Below are positions 10,308-18,282 of a DNA stretch of 64,000 nt, piece after piece. Below the pieces are notes generated by a model. It searched no databases. It was not told the origin of the DNA and saw nothing but the letters and a program-made list of their open reading frames with translations. The stretch spans positions 352,001 to 416,000 of the forward strand of contig CBDBLV010000004.1 in NCBI GenBank assembly GCA_965207225.1. Reading direction: 5' to 3'. Position 1 is the first letter of the stretch. The number at the start of each line of letters is the position of its first letter. The translations under genes were made by a program, and so were the position numbers. The DNA comes from Dehalococcoidia bacterium. GTDB lineage: Bacteria; Chloroflexota; Dehalococcoidia; Plut-88900.

Positions 10308-11330
10308 GTGCTATACATCTTTCACGGCGAAGACGATTTCTCCCGCAAGGAGGCGCTGGCGCGGCTTGTTGAGGGGCTCGGGGCTGCGGAGGAGCTGGCA
10401 ACCAACACTTCGAAGCTGGACGGGGCGGATGTTACGTTTGACCAACTGATGTCGGTAATCAATGCCCTGCCTTTCCTGGCTGACCATAGGCTCGTAATCG
10501 TTGAAGGCCTGCTGAGCAAGTCCAATCCTCCCGAACGGCAAAGGGGTGGGACGCCAGCGAGTCGGGCCAAGAGGGGAGCAAAGGCTGCAGGCCAATGGGA
10601 CGGCCTTCCGGAAGCGGTCAATGCCATGCCGCCGTCAACGGTCCTTGTCTTTGATGACGGCCCGCTGCACAGGGACAACACCATGCTCAAGGCCCTGGCT
10701 CCGGTGGCCAAAGTGAAGGCCTTCGAGCCTTTGAAGGGTGGAAAGCTACAAAGCTGGGTCCGCGACCGGGTCTTTGAGTCGGGTGGGCAGATATCTCCGA
10801 AGGCGACTTCTCTGCTTACGTCTTCCTATGATGGTTCACTCTGGAAATTGGCCGGGGACATCGAGAAATTGACGCTTTACGCCGCTGGGAGGGTTATAGA
10901 GGAGTCGGACGTTGAGAAACTGGTGGTCGGGAGCCAGGACTCCAACATCTTTGCACTGGTAGACGCGGTGATTACGGGGAACCGGACTCGGGCGTATAGA
11001 CAGTTGTCGGCGCTTTTGGCAAACGGTGTTTCGGCGTTTCACATCCTGACCATGGTAGGGCGTCAGCTGCGGATGATGGCCTTGGCAATGGACCTACGGT
11101 CGCGTCGGGTCCCAAGCTCGGAGTACCCGAGGCACCTGGGCACGAGCTCCCGGTTCGCAATAGATAAGGTGATGGAGCAAGCCTCGGGGACTAGCCTACC
11201 TGCCGTAACACGGGCCTACGAGGCTGTGCTGGAGACCGACCTGAAGCTGAAGTCGACGGACGAGCCAGAGGAAATTGCGTTGGAGATGCTGGTCGGGGCA
11301 CTGGCCACGACTCTCCGTTCCAGGAACTAG
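10308..11330 (+). CDS. holA: DNA polymerase III subunit delta
   Basis: YIFHGEDDF, LPFLADHRLVIV, EKLTLY, NIFALVDA, DLKLKS. Confidence 0.9.
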   Translation: MLYIFHGEDDFSRKEALARLVEGLGAAEELATNTSKLDGADVTFDQLMSVINALPFLADHRLVIVEGLLSKSNPPERQRGGTPASRAKRGAKAAGQWDGLPEAVNAMPPSTVLVFDDGPLHRDNTMLKALAPVAKVKAFEPLKGGKLQSWVRDRVFESGGQISPKATSLLTSSYDGSLWKLAGDIEKLTLYAAGRVIEESDVEKLVVGSQDSNIFALVDAVITGNRTRAYRQLSALLANGVSAFHILTMVGRQLRMMALAMDLRSRRVPSSEYPRHLGTSSRFAIDKVMEQASGTSLPAVTRAYEAVLETDLKLKSTDEPEEIALEMLVGALATTLRSRN

Positions 11331-11366
11331 GAATGCACGGATCAGAAGGCAGAGGATGGGTCGGGT

Positions 11367-12002
11367 CTACCTGAGAGGGGCGGGGTGGAACCTTCCGGCC
11401 TTGAGTTCGGCGATCAGGTCTTCGAGCCCAGTGATTTGTCGCTCGAACTCGGTCGCGTTCTTGGCGATGTCGTGGGTCTGGTGGGAGTCGCTGGTGGCGA
11501 CGCCTTTCAGGTTCAACCTGCGGCACACCTCTTCGGCAAAGGCGTTTTCCTGGTCAGACCCGCGCCCATTGTTGACCTCCGCTCCTTCGACGATGGCTAG
11601 CATGCTGTTGGTACAGGCTTTCTGTAGCATACCTTCATATTCTTCGGCGTCCTTGTACTCGGGCCTGAAGCGTCGGCGATAGGGATGGGCGGCCAGCATC
11701 GCACCTCCGGCCTTGTCAACCATATCTTTCAGGAACCAGGTCTTGTGCATCCCGAAGACGTAGTGATCGAGGCCGAAGACGAGGAGGTGTCCTTCGTCGG
11801 TGTTGATCTCAACAGCGGGAATTACCAGGAATTCCATGCGCTTTCCTAGGTTGACCAACTCGTCGTGGTCCCAGAAGAAATCGTGCTCGGTGATAGCTAT
11901 GCCGTCAAGACCGGCTTTTTTTGCTTCGTCAATCAGGTGTTCGGGGGGAAGGAGGCTGTCATCGGAGTATCGGGAGGTGTGGTTGTGGAGATCTATAAGC
12001 AT
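11367..12002 (-). CDS. PHP domain metal-dependent phosphoesterase
   Basis: IDLHNHT, AITEHD, AHPYR, SDSH; ATG 12002 likely start. Confidence 0.88.
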   Translation of the reverse strand: MLIDLHNHTSRYSDDSLLPPEHLIDEAKKAGLDGIAITEHDFFWDHDELVNLGKRMEFLVIPAVEINTDEGHLLVFGLDHYVFGMHKTWFLKDMVDKAGGAMLAAHPYRRRFRPEYKDAEEYEGMLQKACTNSMLAIVEGAEVNNGRGSDQENAFAEEVCRRLNLKGVATSDSHQTHDIAKNATEFERQITGLEDLIAELKAGRFHPAPLR

Positions 12003-12192
12003 TGCATCGGGGTTGTTCTGCGATTCACAATAGTCTTGCATGTCGATGTGGCCTAGTCAACCGCGACCTTGTATCAATTCCTGTGGTAATTGGACAGCGC
12101 ACGTTAAATTAAGGATGACAGGTTGGGTTGCCTCATATCCAATATCTTCTTATGTTAAAATCGCGGTATAGCGAGACAGGAAACGTGTACGA

Positions 12193-12420
12193 ATGGACTA
12201 TTCCACAATCATCACAATCGACCCCCAGAAGCGAGGCGGCAAGCCCTGTATCAGGGGGCTTCGGATAACTGTTTACGATGTGTTGGAATATCTTGCATCC
12301 GGCATGTCGGAGGAACAGATCCTTTCAGATTTTCCAGATCTGGAAGAAAAAGACATTAAGGCGTCGCTGGCCTTCGCCGCAGATCGCGAGAGGCGACTGG
12401 TTGCTCTGCCTCCACAATGA
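12193..12420 (+). CDS. DUF433 antitoxin
   Basis: GGKPCIRGLRITV...ILSDFPDL. Confidence 0.9.
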   Translation: MDYSTIITIDPQKRGGKPCIRGLRITVYDVLEYLASGMSEEQILSDFPDLEEKDIKASLAFAADRERRLVALPPQ

Positions 12421-12749
12421 GGCTCCTCTTCGATCAAAACCTGTCCCATAGGCTAAAGATTCTACTCAATGACCTCTTTCCGGAATCTCTCCACGTCAGG
12501 GACGCTGGGCTTGGAACATCAGATGATTGGGCAGTCTGGGAATACGCTAAGGCCAATTTCTTTACTCTAGTCTCCAAAGACTCCGACTTTAGACAGCTAA
12601 GCTTTGCCTACGGGCATCCCCCCAAAGTTATTTGGATAAGACGCGGCAACTGCACAACCACACAAATCGTTACAATTCTGCGTAACGGGTATAAGGACAT
12701 TATCGACTTTATCGAGGACCCTCAAGGTTCTTTCTTAGCAATCGTCTAA
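12417..12749 (+). CDS. DUF5615 PIN-like toxin
   Basis: LLFDQNLS, DxxVW, SKDSDF, PPKVIW; ATGA overlap with DUF433 gene. Confidence 0.88.
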   Translation: MRLLFDQNLSHRLKILLNDLFPESLHVRDAGLGTSDDWAVWEYAKANFFTLVSKDSDFRQLSFAYGHPPKVIWIRRGNCTTTQIVTILRNGYKDIIDFIEDPQGSFLAIV

Positions 12750-12805
12750 GCCGAAATCTGACCATATTTACGCAGCCGAGCGTATATGCTAACCACCGGA
12801 CACCC

Positions 12806-14131
12806 TTGGAGGACCCTTTGGACCCGACCACCGACAGCGTGACAATGGAAAAGATTGTGTCCCTTTGCAAGCGCCGCGGGCTGATATTTCAGAACTCGGA
12901 GATTTACGGAGGTCTCGGGAGTGTGTGGGACTACGGGCCCCTGGGGGTGGAGTTAAAGCGCAACGTGAAGGACGCCTGGTGGCGGTCCATGGTACAACAG
13001 AGGAGCGACGTGGTGGGTCTGGACTCCGCGATCCTAATGCACCCGCGGGTGTGGGAGGCAAGCGGACACCTGGAGAGCTTCACCGATCCGCTAGTCGAGT
13101 GTCGGGAGTGCAATCAGCGTTGGAGGGACGACGCCCTCGTCGAGGGCCGCTGTCCAAAGTGCAATGGCGAGGTCGGTGAGGCGCGGATGTTCAACCTGAT
13201 GTTCAAGAGCTTCATGGGCCCCGTGGAGGACGATGCTGCAGTAGTCTACCTGCGCCCCGAGACCGCCCAAGGTATATTCGTCAACTTTGAAAACGTGCTC
13301 AACTCAACTCGCAAGCGGCTCCCTTTTGGAATAGCGCAGATCGGGAAGTCCTTCCGCAACGAGATCACGCCGGGCAACTTCACCTTCAGGACCCGGGAGT
13401 TCGAGCAGATGGAGATGGAGTATTTCGTAATGCCTGAAGAGGCGGATGCCTCACTCCAATACTGGGTGGAGCAGAGGTTCCAATGGTACCTGGACCTCGG
13501 GGTGCGGGCCGAGAATCTGCGCCTCCGATGGCACGGTCCCGACGAACTGGCCCACTACGCCAAGGCCACCGCCGACGTGGAGTACCTGTTTCCCATGGGC
13601 TGGTCCGAGTTGGAAGGTATAGCCAACCGCACGGACTTCGACCTGCTTCAACATTCGAAGGTGAGTAGCAAATCGCTGACAGTGTTCGATGAGCCGAACA
13701 AGAGGCATGTCACGCCGTTTGTGATCGAGCCGTCGGGCGGGGTGGACAGGGCCACACTAGCCTTCCTCGTGGACTCCTACAGGGAGGAGGAGGTGAGGGG
13801 AGAGACCCGTGTCCTGCTTAAGCTACACAAGGACCTATGCCCCGTGCAGGTGGCAGTGCTGCCGCTCAGCCGTAACCAGCGTCTTCTTCCTCTGTCGCAA
13901 GAAGTGTTTGAGTCGGTCAGGGTCAATTTCAGGGCACAATATGACGATGCGCAGTCCATCGGGCGGAGGTACCGCCGGCAGGACGAGATCGGGACTCCGC
14001 TGTGCGTGACGGTCGACTTCGACTCGCTGGACGACAATGCGGTGACCATAAGGGACCGGGACACGATGAACCAGGCTCGGGTGCCGATTGAGGGTTTGGT
14101 GGCTGAAGTTCGGAGTCGCCTGGGCATCTAA
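12806..14131 (+). CDS. glyQS: Glycine--tRNA ligase (alpha2 type); start may be ATG 12845
   Basis: KRRG...EIYGG, YLRPETAQG, FRNEITP, FRTREFEQME, IEPS, RQDEIGTP. Confidence 0.95.
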   Translation: MEDPLDPTTDSVTMEKIVSLCKRRGLIFQNSEIYGGLGSVWDYGPLGVELKRNVKDAWWRSMVQQRSDVVGLDSAILMHPRVWEASGHLESFTDPLVECRECNQRWRDDALVEGRCPKCNGEVGEARMFNLMFKSFMGPVEDDAAVVYLRPETAQGIFVNFENVLNSTRKRLPFGIAQIGKSFRNEITPGNFTFRTREFEQMEMEYFVMPEEADASLQYWVEQRFQWYLDLGVRAENLRLRWHGPDELAHYAKATADVEYLFPMGWSELEGIANRTDFDLLQHSKVSSKSLTVFDEPNKRHVTPFVIEPSGGVDRATLAFLVDSYREEEVRGETRVLLKLHKDLCPVQVAVLPLSRNQRLLPLSQEVFESVRVNFRAQYDDAQSIGRRYRRQDEIGTPLCVTVDFDSLDDNAVTIRDRDTMNQARVPIEGLVAEVRSRLGI

Positions 14132-14190
14132 GTCTCACCCTTCTCCGGCGGGCCGGTATACTAAGGCTATGCCGCCAACGAGACATCTAA

Positions 14191-15444
14191 TTGCGTATAG
14201 TCCATTTCTCTGATTTGCACATAGGCGTCGAAAATTACGGCCGCCTGGACCCGAGCACGGGCCTTTCGACGCGGATGGGTGACTTCCTTTCGGCGCTGGA
14301 CGAGCTAGTGGAGTATTCGCTGGGCAATGACGTGGATTTGGTGCTTTTTGCCGGGGATGCGTTCAAGAGCCGGGAGCCGAAGCAGACCCAACAGCGGGAG
14401 TTCGCCAAGCGAATAGCCCGGCTGGCAAACGCGGGGATTCAGGTGTTTCTGCTGGTCGGCAACCACGACCTTCCCTACGCGTTGGCCCAGGCCACGGCAA
14501 TCGAGATATACCACACGCTGGAGGTTGAGAACGTAGTCGTGGCCGACAGGGTTGGTACGTGGCGGATAGACACGAAGTCGGGGCCCGTTCAGGTTGTCGG
14601 GCTTCCGTGGCCACGCCGCTCTGTCCTGTTGACCCGGGACATGATCAGGAACCTCACTTTCGACCAGATCAACGACCGGATGCAAACACTTCTTACAGAG
14701 CTGTTGCAGAATGAGGCTGATTCCCTGGACCCATCCGTACCCGCGTTCCTGGCAGCGCATGTAACCGTGGCTCAGGCGACGGTCGGGTCTGAGCGAAGCA
14801 TGATGATTGGAAACGACCACGTGCTTCTCCTCAGTAACGTAGCGTTGCCACAATTCGAATATGTGGCGCTTGGACACATCCATAAGACGCAGGTGTTAAC
14901 GGAGTCGCCGCCGGTGGTTTACAGCGGCAGCATGCAGCGCGTTGACTTCAGTGAGGAGAAGGACCCCAAGGGGTTCTACGTCGTGGATGTCGACGCGGGA
15001 CTGCCACAGGGGAGTCGAGTGACGGGCTACAGGTTTCAGCCTGTCCAAGCCCGACCCTTCCTGACCATTGACGTAGACATTGCCACCGACGACCCCGACC
15101 CTACATCGACCATAGTCAGGCGTATCCAGGACTCGGCGGTGGCGGATGCGGTGGTGCGGCTGCGTATAAAGGTTGCGGCAGAGCTGGAAGCCATGATTAT
15201 TGATTCGGAGATCCGGAAGGCGCTGGCGCCGGCACACTTTGTGGCTTCGATCAACCGGGAGGTGGACAGGACGCGGACATTCAGGCTGGAGGGTCGGGCT
15301 ATTGACGGGATGACTTCGCTCGACGCCCTGAAGGCATATCTTGACGCCTCAGCCGAGGATCGGGGGTGGTCACATTCACAAGTGGACGAGATGCTGGCAC
15401 TGGGCGAAGATCTAATCCGGGAGTCAGGGGAATCCAAGTCCTGA
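14191..15444 (+). CDS. sbcD: SbcD/Mre11 nuclease subunit
   Basis: SDLHIG, AGD, GNHD, ALGHIH, YSGS...DFSE. Confidence 0.9.
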   Translation: MRIVHFSDLHIGVENYGRLDPSTGLSTRMGDFLSALDELVEYSLGNDVDLVLFAGDAFKSREPKQTQQREFAKRIARLANAGIQVFLLVGNHDLPYALAQATAIEIYHTLEVENVVVADRVGTWRIDTKSGPVQVVGLPWPRRSVLLTRDMIRNLTFDQINDRMQTLLTELLQNEADSLDPSVPAFLAAHVTVAQATVGSERSMMIGNDHVLLLSNVALPQFEYVALGHIHKTQVLTESPPVVYSGSMQRVDFSEEKDPKGFYVVDVDAGLPQGSRVTGYRFQPVQARPFLTIDVDIATDDPDPTSTIVRRIQDSAVADAVVRLRIKVAAELEAMIIDSEIRKALAPAHFVASINREVDRTRTFRLEGRAIDGMTSLDALKAYLDASAEDRGWSHSQVDEMLALGEDLIRESGESKS

Positions 15445-15484
15445 GCCCACGCACACCTTTAATCTACTCTACAGGAACAGGTCT

Positions 15485-16546
15485 ATGAAAATTTTCGACT
15501 ACATGGAGGAATACGGCTACGAGGAGTTGGCCTTCTACACGGACGAGGCTGCGGGGCTGAGGGCCCTTGTCTGCATCCATGACACGACTCTCGGGCCTGC
15601 ATGCGGAGGGACCCGGATGTGGCCCTTTGCCACTGAGGAAGAGGCAATACTGGATGTGCTGCGGCTGGCGCGGGCCATGACCTATAAGTCCTCGCTGGCG
15701 GGGCTGGACTACGGCGGGGGAAAGGCGGTCATCATCGCCGACCCGACCACCGACAAGTCGGAAGCACTCTTTCGGGCACACGGCCGATTCGTGGACACTC
15801 TGGGCGGGCGGTACTTTACGACTGAGGATGTCGGGATTGTGGCTGAGGACGTAGTAAACATGCGCAAGGAGACGCAATATGCGGTCGGGCTGCCGGAGTC
15901 CCATGGAGGGCTGGGAGGGGCGGAGGTAATCACGGGATATGGTATCTACCGGGGGGCCCGGGCGTGCATGAAGGAGCTCACGGGTTCGGACTCGCTGGAG
16001 GGGAAGACGGTGGCCATCCAGGGTTTCGGGAAGGTTGCCTACCACTACGCTCGACACCTGAAGGAGGACGGGGCACGGATTATAGCCGCAGACATCAACG
16101 AGACCCGTATTGCAGAGGCCGCGGGCATGGGGGCCACTATCGTGGCGCCGGAGGAGATTCACGCTGTCGAATGCGACATCTTTTCACCGTGTGCGCTGGG
16201 TGGGGTGCTGAACGACGAGACGATACCGCAGATCAAGGCTCCAATAGTGGCGGGGGCGGCCAATAACCAGCTACAGGAGCCCCGGCACGCAGAGGCCCTT
16301 GCCGAAGCCGGAATCCTATACGCGCCCGACTACGCCATCAATCCTGGCGGCGTCATAACAGTCGCCTGCGAAATAGAGGGGAAAAGCAAGGATGCAGCCC
16401 TGGAGAAGATCGGCGGGGTACACGACACACTGTTGGACATCTTCGCCCAAGCGAAGGCCAGGGGAATTACGACAGCAGAGGCAGCAGACCGGCTGGCGGA
16501 GGCTAGGATAAGGAGCGTGGCGGGGGTGAAGAAGATCGCGAGGTAG
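15485..16546 (+). CDS. ldh: Glu/Leu/Phe/Val (leucine) dehydrogenase
   Basis: GPACGGTR, MTYK, GGGKAVI, EDVG, QGFGKV, GAANNQ. Confidence 0.9.
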   Translation: MKIFDYMEEYGYEELAFYTDEAAGLRALVCIHDTTLGPACGGTRMWPFATEEEAILDVLRLARAMTYKSSLAGLDYGGGKAVIIADPTTDKSEALFRAHGRFVDTLGGRYFTTEDVGIVAEDVVNMRKETQYAVGLPESHGGLGGAEVITGYGIYRGARACMKELTGSDSLEGKTVAIQGFGKVAYHYARHLKEDGARIIAADINETRIAEAAGMGATIVAPEEIHAVECDIFSPCALGGVLNDETIPQIKAPIVAGAANNQLQEPRHAEALAEAGILYAPDYAINPGGVITVACEIEGKSKDAALEKIGGVHDTLLDIFAQAKARGITTAEAADRLAEARIRSVAGVKKIAR

Positions 16547-16552
16547 GGTTCT

Positions 16553-17305
16553 CTAGGGTTCGCGGATCTTGGTACGGGCGTCGTGGGGGTAGGTGTTGGT
16601 CTCGATCATGCGGGCCTTGACTGCGGTGCGGAGGAGCAGCAGCTCCTCGTCGGAGATTTGGGGTGTCATGGGTGCTTGCTCGGCGGTGCCCTTGATCGAG
16701 AGGTCGAAGCCCGTGTTGTCCCTCACTTCTTCCAGGGTGTGACCCTGATGCACCGAGGCCAGTTCGAGGTGTCCCGACTCCCGGGAGAGCTCCATGCGGG
16801 CCATGGGGGTTACAACTATCACCTCCCTGTTGCGTCGGGAGAATCCCTCGGGGGAAGAGGCGGAAGCGGAGACGTAATCTACTTTTTCGACGAAGGTGCG
16901 ACGGTCGTGGCGGGTGCGGAATAGGACGACTTTCGGGACGGCGTAGTAGAGGAGGCCGGAGCCGTACTGGCCGGGCATCCTGACGTCCGGGGCGTCGGGG
17001 TCTCCGATGAGCTGGAGGTTGAAGTTGGCCTCTCGGTCTATCTCTATACCGCTTAAGAAGAAAAGGTCGAGCTTGCCGCGCTGGGCCAGGTAATGAAAGT
17101 CTTTGCCGCCCACGAAGGGGTTGTAGTAGTCGCTGTCCAGGATTATGAACTCACCGTTGGGGGCGTGGGAGGCCTCGGCGAGGAGGAGGGCGCAGGCGGG
17201 GATGAAGGAGAGGGCGCCGCAGGCAGAGGTCTCCCAATCCCGCACCTCCCGGGACAGGAGGACGGCCATGAATTCTTCGAAGGCGCAGTCGGGAGAGAGG
17301 GTCAC
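16553..17305 (-). CDS. CoA-transferase family I-fold subunit B (GctB/IpdB-like)
   Basis: DLFFLSGIEID...N, RMPG, H..RTFVEKVDYVS, NTGF; GTG start overlaps alpha-subunit TAG. Confidence 0.8.
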   Translation of the reverse strand: MTLSPDCAFEEFMAVLLSREVRDWETSACGALSFIPACALLLAEASHAPNGEFIILDSDYYNPFVGGKDFHYLAQRGKLDLFFLSGIEIDREANFNLQLIGDPDAPDVRMPGQYGSGLLYYAVPKVVLFRTRHDRRTFVEKVDYVSASASSPEGFSRRNREVIVVTPMARMELSRESGHLELASVHQGHTLEEVRDNTGFDLSIKGTAEQAPMTPQISDEELLLLRTAVKARMIETNTYPHDARTKIREP

Positions 17306-18174
17306 TAGCCTACAGCGGCGGGGATTTCCACGCCCAGGCCCCTGGCCCGGCAGTAACTCTCATGGTCGTTGAAGGCGAATACCTCGGCGGCGAGGTAGTC
17401 CTGGAAGGCGTCATCGGATGAGGAAGCTTCCAAGTACTTCTTCATCTCGTCAACGTCCATGGCGTAATGGCCGGGGCACGCGCTGGGGAAGGCGCCAAAG
17501 GGGGCGTGGGCCACGGCTTTGACGTGAATGGCCGGGATGTAGGTACCGGAAGGGTCGTCGGGGGAGACCTGATCGACTATCTCTTCGACAGTGACGATAA
17601 CCCGGTCCGAGGCTTGAGCCAGCATCAGGGCTTCTCCGCCCTTCTTGACGAGCACGTTGCCTCGCCTGTCAGCCTTGGTGCCGTGGAAGAGGGCCACGTC
17701 GGGGTTGATGGCCTTGGCCATAACTATCGGCTCGGAGGGGTTGAAAGGGTTGGGGGCGATGGTGAAGTCATCTCGTTGGCTAATCACGTCGCTGTTGGCG
17801 TAGCCGAGGGTCGGGACGAAGGGGATGCCCATTGATCCAGCCTGGACCATGCTGTAGAGAACGCCTCAGGTATTGTCCTTCATCTTGACCCGGCCCTCCT
17901 TCTGGAGGCGCAGGTAGTTGGGGGCGACCCGGGCGAAGGGTTGGAAGTTGAAGTCGCAGGTCTCAACGGTGGCGGTACGGCCGGCCCCGACGAGGAAGTC
18001 GAGGTTCATGGAAGCGCCGACCACGCCGACAGTGTTGAGCTCCGTGGTCTCGCCGCGGACGATCTCGCGGAGGAGGGCCATGGGGGTATTGTCCAGGCCA
18101 CCCATCATGATCACCTTGTCACCGGTGCGTACCAGGCTGGCGGCTTGTTCCAGGGTTACTAGTTTCTCTCTCAT
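17305..18174 (-). CDS. CoA-transferase family I-fold subunit A (GctA/IpdA-like), 289 aa if TGA 17866-17868 is read as selenocysteine
   Basis: ORFs 17866-18174 and 17305-17850 share one frame: ...AAG GAC AAT ACC TGA GGC GTT CTC TAC AGC ATG GTC...; joined protein is full length; SECIS-like hairpin follows. Confidence 0.8.
17830..17851 (-). promoter_or_regulatory. Candidate bacterial SECIS hairpin
   Basis: RNA CAUGGUCCA-GGC-UGGAUCAAUG: 9-bp stem with one bulged A; G-first loop 24 nt after UGA. Confidence 0.6.
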
Positions 18175-18224
18175 CTGTGCTTCATTCCCTTCATCGAACC
18201 CAGAGCCTGTACAACGTTGGACTC

Positions 18225-18253
18225 AGGTTATATTTCGACACTGTGGGTGTCAA
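18225..18253 (-). promoter_or_regulatory. Sigma70-type promoter of CoA-transferase operon
   Basis: TTGACA-17-TAACCT. Confidence 0.55.
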
Positions 18254-18282
18254 GGCAGGAGTGGCGGAGGTCATGGGCACCT

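Noticed and set aside
17866-17868. Reading the split CoA-transferase as a pseudogene or two genes
   Set aside because: Single in-frame TGA, no other lesion, no SD before ATG 17850, SECIS-like hairpin present; disfavoured but not excluded
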